From a virus, in IMG/VR virus record IMGVR_UViG_3300042691_028354, positions 22,493-86,492 of that record: a stretch of 64,000 nt of DNA. The stretch is one strand, 5' to 3'. The notes beneath the pieces were generated by a model. It did no database searches. It was given only the letters and a program-made list of their open reading frames with translations, and was not told the DNA's origin. Below, one piece after another: positions 10,033-19,107 of the stretch. The position numbers were made by a program, and so were the translations under genes. Numbering within the stretch: position 1 is the first letter of the stretch; each line of letters opens with the position of its first letter.

Positions 10033-10095
10033 TATACGGAAACGGGAACGACTATACGGATTTACACGTCTTCCCAGTTGAGGGAGTTTCCGTAT
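10033..10095. promoter_or_regulatory. Direct plus inverted TATACGGA repeats between portal and protease genes
   Basis: TATACGGA at 10033-10040 and 10053-10060; ATACGGAAAC (10034-10043) is the perfect reverse complement of GTTTCCGTAT (10086-10095). Confidence 0.45.
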
Positions 10096-12378
10096 TTAGG
10101 ATCGGTATCGCAAGCGACAGCGACACGCAAGACTCAATGACGCTGGTGCCATCGGGTCTCCCGGGAAGCGCAGTGGCATCCCGTTCACCTTGAACGACTG
10201 GCCCATTTGCACGGTCGTCCCATCAAGTGAACGGTGGGCGGGTCTCACCCGATCATCGCGACGGGTTACCCATGTCTTTTCAAGGAGGCCCGAGCGTTGA
10301 CCGGCAAGATAGAGGCCACCATTGAAGGCGCTTTGTCCCTCGATCTGAGAGATTCGGTTGCGGCGACCACCAAGGAGTTCCACGAACACCGCAGCCAATC
10401 CGGCAAGAAGGAGGGCATGGCCCGAGTCAACGCCATCGCTTGCCGCAAGAGTCTTGGCGGCGAAGACGGCAGCGGCAATCTTCTCCTGTGTGGTTGAGTT
10501 TGCCTGCTGGACCCGTTGGGCTTGCTGGTCGGCAAGGCCGGTGAACTCCTCATCGCGAGCGATTTCCGTATTTGTCTTCTCTCCTACGAGAGCGGACGCC
10601 TCGGCCATGATGCCGGCGAGTACGGGAGTTACGTCTTCAGCAGTTTGGCGATTCCAGCCAGGGAGGTCGAAGAGTTGTTCTGTTGTTAGACGACCTTCGG
10701 CGATGGCCTTGCGGGCCTTTGACCCACGGGCCTTCTCCATTACGACGCGCTGCTGGCGCTCATAGAGGCGTTCAAGGGTGCGATCAAGAATCTGCTCCCA
10801 CCGTTCGGTAGCCGTGTCGGCCTTGGTCTCGAAGTCTTCGTCAAAGATCGCCTGTTTCAGCGTCTTTAGTTGTGGTGCATCCGCAGGGGGTCGGCGAGCA
10901 CCGTCTAGGGATGGTGCGGTCGGGTCATTTTCCTGGGCTGCGGGCGCCATGTCCGCCTCATCGACGATGGTGACACCCTCCGGCAATGGCGGTTCAGCCG
11001 AGCCTGCGTCCGGCGGAGCCGGAGCCTCGGCCGGCGCTTCGGGTGCGACCTCGGAGACGCCCTCGGGGAGTGGCTGCTCAGCCGGAGGAGCCCCAGGGTC
11101 GCCCGGCATGGCACCCATGGCTTGCTGCTGCGTGGCGGGATCGACGTAGGGCATCTCGCGTTCGGTGTTACCGATCGGTGCGAGGTTCGGGTTGGCCAGC
11201 ATGGAGTCGGCAAGGTCGGATTCAACTGGATCTCGGCCGGTCCCTGCTCGGTACTCGTTGGCAGTGATCAGGCCGTTGTTGAACTCCTGAAGGAGATACT
11301 GCTCACGCTCCTGCTTAGCGAGAATGAGAATCGGGACATTGGAGTTGTCAAACTCAAACCAAAGTTTGGGGTCAAGGGGATCAAAGCCTCGAGCCAGCAT
11401 CTCAAGATGCGGCTGCATGGTCTCCATCCAAAACACCCGAAGTTCCTCGGCGGCATTTGAGAAGGTCCGTCCACTGGCATTGCCGATGACTGATTCCGGC
11501 ACGCCGAAGGCGGCAAGGATCTCTTCCTTGGTGAGTCGACGCATCTCCACGTAGGCGGCGTCACGAGGATTCGAGCCGGTGTCTACGTAGTCGGCGCCCT
11601 CCTCGGAAGCGATAACGGTGGTGCCACCGGCACGGCCGATGTTGCCTCGGAAGCGGCTTCGGAGTTCTTCTTTGTCCTCTTCGTCCATGTCGCCACGAAC
11701 AACCAGAAGGCCACCGGGGCGGCCGTCGTTGACAAGGAAGTTGCGGTTGTAGAACTTGGCCAGATTCTCGATCTCGATGGCCACGCCGGCAGATTCCATG
11801 GGGGTCATGGACAGGTAGGGATCAAGTGGGTGTGGGTGGCGGAACCAAAGGACCTGCTCGGGCTTGAGGATCGTGCGCTGTCCACTCGGCATCAGCACCT
11901 CGTAGCCAGAGACGAACTTGCGCGGGTCGGGGATCGGACTGGTGTGTTGCGGGGGAAGCAGATGGAGGGCAGTTGGCCTGCCATCACGACCGGAGATGAT
12001 CTCCACGAACGCGCCGCGAGTACTCAGCAACATTTGGGCTGAGAGTCGATGGCGGAAGATGAAACTGTTCTCGCCTGGGTTGGACGCCATGTTGAATAGC
12101 TTGAGAATGCTGGCGTCATCGACGATGGGGCCGACGGGGGAGTTGTTGTTGCGTGCTCTGACTGGGAGGCGAGCCTGATTGCCGGCGATGGCGTCCACGG
12201 CACGGAACAGCCATGTGACGCGCTTCATGCCATCGCGATAGGCCCGTTCGATGTCCCACCCGTCGTGGTAGCCGCGATCTATCGCCAGGGACGGATTCGT
12301 GGAGACGGGCGCGCCATAAGGGATGGCCTTTTGGCCGCCATTGCCAATCCCTTTGTTGTTCGGCGTGTTCCAGCCCAT
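10096..12378 (-). CDS. Portal protein (HK97-like) with C-terminal MuF/gp7-like head morphogenesis domain
   Basis: Portal motifs (AVDAIAGNQARLP, NFLVNDGRPGG, EILAAFGVP, GLITANEYR); C-term KTWVTRRDDRVRPAH...LRFPGDP...CRC; ATG overlaps upstream TGA. Confidence 0.92.
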   Translation of the reverse strand: MGWNTPNNKGIGNGGQKAIPYGAPVSTNPSLAIDRGYHDGWDIERAYRDGMKRVTWLFRAVDAIAGNQARLPVRARNNNSPVGPIVDDASILKLFNMASNPGENSFIFRHRLSAQMLLSTRGAFVEIISGRDGRPTALHLLPPQHTSPIPDPRKFVSGYEVLMPSGQRTILKPEQVLWFRHPHPLDPYLSMTPMESAGVAIEIENLAKFYNRNFLVNDGRPGGLLVVRGDMDEEDKEELRSRFRGNIGRAGGTTVIASEEGADYVDTGSNPRDAAYVEMRRLTKEEILAAFGVPESVIGNASGRTFSNAAEELRVFWMETMQPHLEMLARGFDPLDPKLWFEFDNSNVPILILAKQEREQYLLQEFNNGLITANEYRAGTGRDPVESDLADSMLANPNLAPIGNTEREMPYVDPATQQQAMGAMPGDPGAPPAEQPLPEGVSEVAPEAPAEAPAPPDAGSAEPPLPEGVTIVDEADMAPAAQENDPTAPSLDGARRPPADAPQLKTLKQAIFDEDFETKADTATERWEQILDRTLERLYERQQRVVMEKARGSKARKAIAEGRLTTEQLFDLPGWNRQTAEDVTPVLAGIMAEASALVGEKTNTEIARDEEFTGLADQQAQRVQQANSTTQEKIAAAVFAAKTLAASDGVDSGHALLLAGLAAVFVELLGGRRNRISQIEGQSAFNGGLYLAGQRSGLLEKTWVTRRDDRVRPAHRSLDGTTVQMGQSFKVNGMPLRFPGDPMAPASLSLACRCRLRYRS

Positions 12379-12572
12379 CACTCAGCCCCAAGTAGGTAAC
12401 CGACGAATCCACATGTCACGCCTAGCGTGATCCACCCCGCAGGTGGGTAGATCATGGCAACCCCGACGCTAGTAGTAATGATAAATGTCAGCATGAGGGC
12501 GTAGGCCGCAACCGATCGTAAAGTGATGCTAGCGAACAGCATTGCGCGAAGGTTTGAGAGCAGTTTGGTCAT
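12378..12572 (-). CDS. Small membrane protein upstream of portal
   Basis: 64 aa, two hydrophobic segments, TGATG-coupled to portal; position common in HK97-like head modules. Confidence 0.75.
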   Translation of the reverse strand: MTKLLSNLRAMLFASITLRSVAAYALMLTFIITTSVGVAMIYPPAGWITLGVTCGFVGYLLGAE

Positions 12573-12638
12573 AGACGCATTCCGTGGTCGGGCTAAACTA
12601 GATTAGCCCTGACTCTAGTAGATGCGCCGGACGACATT

Positions 12639-13952
12639 ATGAGTGAACCAAACTGGCTTGAGGTGCTTGAGTACCTAAAGCCGAAGACACCGCCGTACTG
12701 TCCTGAGCCTCCATCGGTTCAGCAGTTGGTCTTTCTTCGCACGAATGCGATCGAGGGACTGTTCGGCGGAGCGGCCGGAGGTGGCAAGTCAAGCGCACTG
12801 CTCATGGCTGCGTTGCAGTACGTGGAGGTCCCCGGCTACTCGGCGCTGTTGTTTCGTCGCACGCTCGCCGACCTCACTCTGCCCGGCGCACTCATGGACC
12901 GATTCAAGGACTGGATCGGCCCGCACGACGAGATCGGCTGGAACGCCAACACCAACACGGCGACCTTCCCTTCTGGGGCGCGCATCAGTTTCGGATACCT
13001 CAACAACAAAGAGGACTACCTCCGCTACAAGGGCACGGAAGTCCAGTTTGTCGGAATGGACGAAGTCACCGAGATACGCGAGACCGACTACCGGTACCTG
13101 TTCTCTCGTTTGCGCCGACCCTCAAGTGGCCCACTCAGTCGTGTGCCGTTGCGGATGCGGGCGGCCTCGAACCCCGCTCCAAACTGGGTGCGCCAGCGCT
13201 TCATCATTGAAGGGCCATCTAAGGGCCGGATCTTTGTTCCGTCCAAACTGACCGATAATCCTGGCGTCGACGCCGAGTCCTATCGCCGAGCGCTCGCCGA
13301 ACTTGATCCGGTGGAGCGCAAGCGCCTTGAGATGGGCGACTGGTGGGCTACGAGTCTTGGCTCCATGTTCAATCGCGAGGACGTGGTGGTCATTGACCCC
13401 ATGGACGTGCCGGCGAACGTGGACCGGACAACTCGGGTCGTGCGCTTTTGGGACATGGCGGCAACCGAGCCGTCTGCGTCCAACCCCGATCCCGACTGGA
13501 CTGTTGGCACACTGATGATGTTCCACGAGGGCATCGCCTACGTACTTGACGTACGTCGGGTACGGGTGCGCTCCGAGCGGGTTGAAGCCCTTATCGCCGA
13601 AACGGCCGCAGATGACGGCCCACTGGTGTCGGTCCGCATGGAGCAGGAGCCGGGTTCTTCGGGCAAGGCTCTGATTGACCAGTACGCCCGCTACGTGCTT
13701 CCTGGCTTTGACGTTCAGGGCATCCGAGCAACCGGTGACAAGGTCAGTCGAGCTCGCCCATTTGCCTCAGCAATGGCGAACGGCAACGTGCGCGTGGTGG
13801 CTGCCAGTTGGCTCAGCGATTGGCTTGACGAGTTCACATCGTTCCCGGAGTCATCGTTCCATGACGATCAGGTTGACTCCGCCGTTGGTGCGTTCACGTT
13901 CTTGACAGGACTTGGTATGCCTCAGAGAAAACGCGCTACGCTTATCGTCTGA
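12639..13952 (+). CDS. terL: Terminase large subunit
   Basis: Walker A GGAAGGGKS, Walker B VGMDE, ASNP motif, nuclease RFWDMA...DWTVG...HDDQVD. Confidence 0.95.
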   Translation: MSEPNWLEVLEYLKPKTPPYCPEPPSVQQLVFLRTNAIEGLFGGAAGGGKSSALLMAALQYVEVPGYSALLFRRTLADLTLPGALMDRFKDWIGPHDEIGWNANTNTATFPSGARISFGYLNNKEDYLRYKGTEVQFVGMDEVTEIRETDYRYLFSRLRRPSSGPLSRVPLRMRAASNPAPNWVRQRFIIEGPSKGRIFVPSKLTDNPGVDAESYRRALAELDPVERKRLEMGDWWATSLGSMFNREDVVVIDPMDVPANVDRTTRVVRFWDMAATEPSASNPDPDWTVGTLMMFHEGIAYVLDVRRVRVRSERVEALIAETAADDGPLVSVRMEQEPGSSGKALIDQYARYVLPGFDVQGIRATGDKVSRARPFASAMANGNVRVVAASWLSDWLDEFTSFPESSFHDDQVDSAVGAFTFLTGLGMPQRKRATLIV

Positions 13953-14009
13953 GTCGGGTACAGTACGACTCAGTATCCTTACCTAGCCAACAACAGGAGG
14001 TCTGCGCCT

Positions 14010-14498
14010 ATGCAGACGTCACAGCGTCCCGAACTCGAGGACGGCCTTCTTGCCCTTTACGAGGCCATCAATGGCCGACTGAAGGAAGGCGACATGGACA
14101 ATGTCGCTGAGGCCTTGTTCTTCCTGAGTCGAATCAAACGCGAGATCACTGAACTCTTTGATCAAACCCAAGCGAAACTTGTCGATCTGATGGGCGACGA
14201 GCCCGAGATCACCAGTCGCAACGTCAACTACGAGAAGAAGCAAGGCGCTCCTCGTAAGTCTTGGAACCACAAGGATCTTGGACAACTGGTCGCTGATCGC
14301 ATTGTGGACATGTCCATTGACATGGACACCGGTGAGGTCATGAAGTCAACCAACGAGATGCTCACCCAGATGCTTACCTACTGCGGAGTTTCGTACTGGC
14401 GAGTGAAGGAACTCAACAAGATCGGCATCAACGCTGACCGCTTCTGTGAAGTCGGCGAACCGAAGACATCAATCATCATCCACGCCAACGAGGAGTAG
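14010..14498 (+). CDS. Hypothetical phage protein
   Basis: 162-aa ORF, strong AGGAGG RBS, first gene of the recombination cluster. Confidence 0.8.
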   Translation: MQTSQRPELEDGLLALYEAINGRLKEGDMDNVAEALFFLSRIKREITELFDQTQAKLVDLMGDEPEITSRNVNYEKKQGAPRKSWNHKDLGQLVADRIVDMSIDMDTGEVMKSTNEMLTQMLTYCGVSYWRVKELNKIGINADRFCEVGEPKTSIIIHANEE

Positions 14499-14500
14499 AC

Positions 14501-15211
14501 ATGGCAATCACACCACGACAAGAACCCGATTACGACAAGATCATGGCTGATCTCGCAGAGCCGTTCCCGCCGGAACTGCTCAAGGTCAACAAGGCTAAGG
14601 GCGGTCTTACGTACGTCCCGGTGGCCGAAGTCATCGCCCGACTCAACCGAGTCCTGGGCGTCACCGGATGGAACACTCAGGTGGTTGACACCTGGCGCGA
14701 ACCCGATCACGCCGACTGGGTCCTTGCTCGCGTCAAGCTCACTGTGTACATCGGTGATCGCATCATTGAGCGCGAGGGCATCGGCGGCCAGCAGGTGAAG
14801 TACAGGAAGACCGGCGATGTCGTCGACCTCGGCGATGAGTACAAGGGTGCTGTCTCCGACGCCCTCAAGAAGGCAGCACAGAGCCTTGGCGTAGCCCTTG
14901 ACCTTGCACGTTCCGAAGAGGCCCTTGCTTACGACGACGCGATCTACGAGTCGCTTCCCGCTGCCGAACCTTCCCCAAGTGCTGGATTGTTCGGAGTCCT
15001 GAAGGAGCATCTCGGCACCATGGATCCCAACGCTAAAGAGGCGTTCAAGGCGTGGTGGGCCGAGACTTTCCCCGATGAGCGTTCTCCTGGCACCGGCACC
15101 GACGTACAGCGCCTCAATGACGCCATTGCTCAGGCCGTGGCCATCAAACTTGGAGCCGATTCCGTCGGACCCGTCACTCGTGATGGTGAGCCGATGGAGG
15201 ATGCCGCCTAA
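14501..15211 (+). CDS. Rad52/Sak-family single-strand annealing protein
   Basis: LAEPFP...LTYV...VIARLNRVLG..GW...REGIG...KGAVSDALKKAAQSLGV. Confidence 0.9.
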   Translation: MAITPRQEPDYDKIMADLAEPFPPELLKVNKAKGGLTYVPVAEVIARLNRVLGVTGWNTQVVDTWREPDHADWVLARVKLTVYIGDRIIEREGIGGQQVKYRKTGDVVDLGDEYKGAVSDALKKAAQSLGVALDLARSEEALAYDDAIYESLPAAEPSPSAGLFGVLKEHLGTMDPNAKEAFKAWWAETFPDERSPGTGTDVQRLNDAIAQAVAIKLGADSVGPVTRDGEPMEDAA

Positions 15212-16002
15212 TGCAGGTAACTGGCGAACCATGTCAGGCGCCGGCACACCTGTCGCCGTCGTCCATCGGCACGTGGCAACAGTGTCCACTCAAGTTCCGC
15301 TACGGCCGGATTGAGAAACTGCCCGAGCCGTCCACCGAAGCCCAACTCATGGGCAACTTTGTCCACGAAGTTCTTGAGCACTTCTACGAGAAGTCAACCG
15401 AAGAGCGCACTCAGGTAACGGCTCGCGCTCTTGCTGCGCAGCGCTGGGATGCCGAGTGGGCCGAGAAGGTTCAGGAACTCAACCTCTCACCCGAAGGATT
15501 ACATCGCTTCCGCTGGCAATCGTGGTGGTGCATTGAAGCGCTGTGGGAACTCGAGGATCCTCAGGTCCTCCAGCCGGCAGCGGTCGAGCAGCGCCTCACG
15601 ATGCAGGTCGATGAAGCGAAGGTGCTTGGCATCGTGGATCGCTACAACTACAACGAGCAGGGTCGTATTGTCGTGTCGGACTACAAGACTGGCAAGAAGC
15701 CGCGCCAGCGCTATGAAGCCGAGAAGCGCTTTCAGTTGCTCGTGTACACCGACATGCTTCAGCAGCATCTTGACGCTGAGGTTGCTGTCGCTGAACTGCT
15801 GTACCTGAAGGAAAAAGTGAAGTGGGCCATTGAACCCACGAAAACCGAACTGACGCGTATGCGTACTACTGTTGTACGAGTATGGAACGAGCTACAGCAG
15901 GCGTGCATTACCGGCACGTTTGAAGCCAAGCGTGGAATCCTCTGCGATTGGTGTAGCTACAAGACCTTCTGTCCTGCTTGGCAACACTCTTATGCTCCCT
16001 GA
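15211..16002 (+). CDS. PD-(D/E)XK (RecB/Cas4/AddB-like) exonuclease, probable Fe-S staple
   Basis: HLSPSS...CP, GIVDR, DYKTG, QLLVY, C-terminal CDWC...CP. Confidence 0.9.
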   Translation: MQVTGEPCQAPAHLSPSSIGTWQQCPLKFRYGRIEKLPEPSTEAQLMGNFVHEVLEHFYEKSTEERTQVTARALAAQRWDAEWAEKVQELNLSPEGLHRFRWQSWWCIEALWELEDPQVLQPAAVEQRLTMQVDEAKVLGIVDRYNYNEQGRIVVSDYKTGKKPRQRYEAEKRFQLLVYTDMLQQHLDAEVAVAELLYLKEKVKWAIEPTKTELTRMRTTVVRVWNELQQACITGTFEAKRGILCDWCSYKTFCPAWQHSYAP

Positions 16003-16492
16003 TGAACCCTTCGCCAGACTCGTCGCTGATGACGTGAAGAACAAGGTCTCTGCCTCACAGGCGGAGTACCTTAGGCTTCCCGAGAATCGAGAGCGCTGGA
16101 GTCAGCACCTTCAGGCCCTTGTACGAAACCTCAACTCTCAACTTGAGGACCTCTCGGAACGGGAGCGACAGGAGATCGGTCGCTACGAGATGCTCGGAGC
16201 TGACGGGGTTCGCCTCATGGCGGAGATCCAAACCGAGCTCGAAGATCGCCGACGCAAGATCGGTCGTTTCCGCTTCTACGTCGAAGCGCGCCTTGACGAA
16301 GTTGACCGCCTTATCGCAGTGACCAGTGATGACCCGGTTGAGCAAGGGCGCTCCATTGACCTTGTCCGTTCGGCAATCATCCGCCACCGAGAGATCATTG
16401 TCGGCAACGACTTTGACTACAGCGAAGTTGACGAAGCGCTGTGGGCGACCCTCGAGGGCAAGTGGTTGTTTGACGACCTGGTCCTGGACTAG
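15992..16492 (+). CDS. Hypothetical coiled-coil protein
   Basis: Track ORF 15872..16492; likely start ATG 15992 (MLPDEPFARL). Confidence 0.7.
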   Translation: MLPDEPFARLVADDVKNKVSASQAEYLRLPENRERWSQHLQALVRNLNSQLEDLSERERQEIGRYEMLGADGVRLMAEIQTELEDRRRKIGRFRFYVEARLDEVDRLIAVTSDDPVEQGRSIDLVRSAIIRHREIIVGNDFDYSEVDEALWATLEGKWLFDDLVLD

Positions 16493-16494
16493 CC

Positions 16495-17586
16495 ATGCGG
16501 CGCCAAACGAAGCGCCAAGTGATCAAGGTCGGCGTCGCAACGACTGACTGGTCAGGTTCCATAACCGACTCACGTGGCTGGCCGGCCCTCGGAGGCGCTG
16601 GTTGGGTTCGCTTTGGTCAACAGAAGCGTCACCTCAAGAACCATGTCGTCATCGGCAACCTCGCCGTGGTCGGTGGTCGCTTGGCCGTCTACACCCCCGA
16701 TCAACGCCTTCATGCCGACTGTGACGTTGTAGTCCTTCAGCGATACATGGACGACTGGGTTCCCGAAGCAGTGGCCCGTGCCGTAGCCGGCGGCCAGATT
16801 GTGATCAACGATGTCGATGACTGGTTCTGGGGAATCCACCCCAAGAACCAAGCAGCCAAACTTGTTGATCCCGAACTGAACAAGACCTCCAACATTGATC
16901 ACTACCGAGACACACTCAGTGCATCGACTGTCGTGACGTGCTCCACGCCGTTCTTGGCTGAACGCATTGGCGAGTTCGGCATTGAAACCAAAGTAATCCG
17001 AAACGGCGTTGCTACAACAATGTTTCGCGAGCGGCTCCACAAGACTGGACGCCCGATCATTGGATGGACCGGCTCAACAGCGCATCGCTCCGGCGACCTT
17101 GGCGTCTTTGCCAAAGTTGTTCCATTGATTGAAGGCAACTCGCGCTTTCATCACACCGGCTCGTATGAAAAGTACCCAGCATTCGCCAAGGAAATCGGCG
17201 TGCTGCCGGCGCGAGTGTCCACACTTCCGATGCTTGCCCCAGAGGACTATCCACTCGGATTGGCCTTCGACGTCGGTATCGTCCCATTGACTGACATCGA
17301 GTTCAACAAGGCCAAGAGCTACATCAAGGGTCTTGAATACGCAGCAGCGTCGATCCCGTTCATCGCATCTCCATCGCCCGAGTACGTGCATCTCCATAAA
17401 GAGACTGGCATCGGGCGGATTGCAGAAACCCCGCAAGAGTGGGCTGCACATCTCAACGAACTGCGAGACCCGGAACTGCGCACAAAGGAAGCCCGTCGAT
17501 CACGGATGGCGGTTCGCGACAACGGCCTTGATGCCCTGGCTGCTGCGCGCTCATGGGATTCACTGTTTTGGGAGTTACACCAGTGA
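16495..17586 (+). CDS. GT-B fold (GT4-like) glycosyltransferase
   Basis: DVVVLQR, DVDD, IGWTGS..H..D, DVGIVPL...FNKAKSYIKGLEYAAASIPFIAS. Confidence 0.85.
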   Translation: MRRQTKRQVIKVGVATTDWSGSITDSRGWPALGGAGWVRFGQQKRHLKNHVVIGNLAVVGGRLAVYTPDQRLHADCDVVVLQRYMDDWVPEAVARAVAGGQIVINDVDDWFWGIHPKNQAAKLVDPELNKTSNIDHYRDTLSASTVVTCSTPFLAERIGEFGIETKVIRNGVATTMFRERLHKTGRPIIGWTGSTAHRSGDLGVFAKVVPLIEGNSRFHHTGSYEKYPAFAKEIGVLPARVSTLPMLAPEDYPLGLAFDVGIVPLTDIEFNKAKSYIKGLEYAAASIPFIASPSPEYVHLHKETGIGRIAETPQEWAAHLNELRDPELRTKEARRSRMAVRDNGLDALAAARSWDSLFWELHQ

Positions 17587-17885
17587 GGCATCGTTCCAAG
17601 AAGAAAGAAGCCGAGTACCGCCTGCGTCGCCCCTTGGTCGAGCGAATGCTCACCGAGCAGCCGTGGTGCCAGGCATGTCCAGTCTTTGCTGAACATGACG
17701 AGAAGGTCACTTACGTTCGCAACCGGTCCTGCGATGTACACGAACTGAAGCGCCGCAGCCAGGGTGGCTCGATCCTTGATGAGGACAACTGCATCACGGT
17801 GTGTCGGCCGTGTCACCGCCGGATCGGCAACTACCCACAACTTGCTGTTGATCTTGGTTTGGCCCGTTGGTCCTGGGAGGACTAG
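17583..17885 (+). CDS. HNH endonuclease
   Basis: CQAC...DVHELKRRSQGG...NCITVCRPCH; GTG 17583 overlaps upstream TGA. Confidence 0.85.
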   Translation: MRHRSKKKEAEYRLRRPLVERMLTEQPWCQACPVFAEHDEKVTYVRNRSCDVHELKRRSQGGSILDEDNCITVCRPCHRRIGNYPQLAVDLGLARWSWED

Positions 17886-18499
17886 GAGTTTTGGGTGTCC
17901 ATGGGGGAGTACGAACCAACTCGTTGGCTTAGACGCGCTGAGTGATTCCACTGAGAGGCCAGCGCTGCGCCGTCATCGGTGAGGTGTCCGCCCCCGTTGA
18001 GATAGCCGTCGGTGCGACTCGCAACCACCAGCGCATCGGCCACGTTGATGAGCTTGACGGCCAGGCCGCGGCGTCGGAACTCGTTGGCAACATAGATCTG
18101 TTCAATCGTCGCATCCGAACGACGCCACTTGATGGCGGCTACCTGATCGGCTGCGGTCTTGCCGGTCAGACGGAACTGGTCAGCGTCAAGCACTGTTCCG
18201 TCGGTGAAACGCTTGTCGGCAAATGCCATCAGAGCGGCGACGCCACCGATCATGTCGTTGTAGTTGATCAGTAGATACCAAAGACTTGGTGCCTTGGGCA
18301 GGTGGGCGTGGTCAACGTGAACCGTCAGGTGCTGACCATTGAGTGACACTCGGGAGAACGGATCCGCCCCCGTGGGTCTGACGTTGGACTCAATCGTGGA
18401 TGGGTGGGGATGCTCGTCGGTCGCAAACGACTCGACTGCATTCCATCCGTCCATGAGTGAATCGGAACGCCAAAACCACAGGGTCGGGTAGTCCGGCAT
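17882..18499 (-). CDS. Putative GNAT-family acetyltransferase
   Basis: IEQIYVANEFRRRGLA acetyl-CoA-binding motif A. Confidence 0.65.
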   Translation of the reverse strand: MPDYPTLWFWRSDSLMDGWNAVESFATDEHPHPSTIESNVRPTGADPFSRVSLNGQHLTVHVDHAHLPKAPSLWYLLINYNDMIGGVAALMAFADKRFTDGTVLDADQFRLTGKTAADQVAAIKWRRSDATIEQIYVANEFRRRGLAVKLINVADALVVASRTDGYLNGGGHLTDDGAALASQWNHSARLSQRVGSYSPMDTQNS

Positions 18500-19008
18500 T
18501 AGACGTTCGGGCTTGACCCGGTGTAAGAGATGGCGATTGTCACCTTTGCTGCGGTGAGGTCGTAGGTCTCGAAGTCGCCACCGTCACTGCTCACGTAGAG
18601 CATGAGGTACTCATCGGGATCCATCTGTGCCACGTTGCCGACGTAGTCCGTGGTTGACCACCACGAGGCTTCTTCGACTGGGACTGAAACATTGCTGGTC
18701 CAGTCGCCCTGTCCGCAGTTGACGGTTGGCTTCTCGTTGTCACCGAAGAACGGGACGATGTCTTCGTAGTAGGCGGGGTCGTCGACGCCAACTGACTTGC
18801 GACCCTTCATGGCCCCAAGTTCCCAAATGCGGTCCCAGTCGGTTGCGTCGGGGCCTTCTCCGCGCATTTCACCGTTCACGGTGAACTTGACGCCGGTGAC
18901 GATGACTTTCTGAGGAAATGAGACAAGGCAGTAGTAGTCACCACTGCCGTTCTCGTCAACGCCGTCAATGTCGACACTGAGAATGGAATCTGGAATGATG
19001 CCTGACAT
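18499..19008 (-). CDS. Hypothetical acidic, beta-rich protein
   Basis: Track ORF 18499..19044; likely start ATG 19008 (MSGIIP); TAATG-coupled to the GNAT gene. Confidence 0.7.
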   Translation of the reverse strand: MSGIIPDSILSVDIDGVDENGSGDYYCLVSFPQKVIVTGVKFTVNGEMRGEGPDATDWDRIWELGAMKGRKSVGVDDPAYYEDIVPFFGDNEKPTVNCGQGDWTSNVSVPVEEASWWSTTDYVGNVAQMDPDEYLMLYVSSDGGDFETYDLTAAKVTIAISYTGSSPNV

Positions 19009-19107
19009 GGTCTCTCTTTCTGTTGGGAAGAACCAACTGACCAAGATAGAACTTGAATCATCCGTCTACCCGTAAGTTGTGAGTGTCAAACAATGTAGCC
19101 TGACGGT

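Noticed and set aside
14378-15289. 303-aa minus-strand ORF and similar long antisense ORFs throughout
   Set aside because: Antisense to well-supported genes; expected from GC-rich codon bias; no motifs or RBS
15211-16002. Cas4-like nuclease as evidence of CRISPR-Cas
   Set aside because: No repeat-spacer array or other cas genes; context is SSAP recombination
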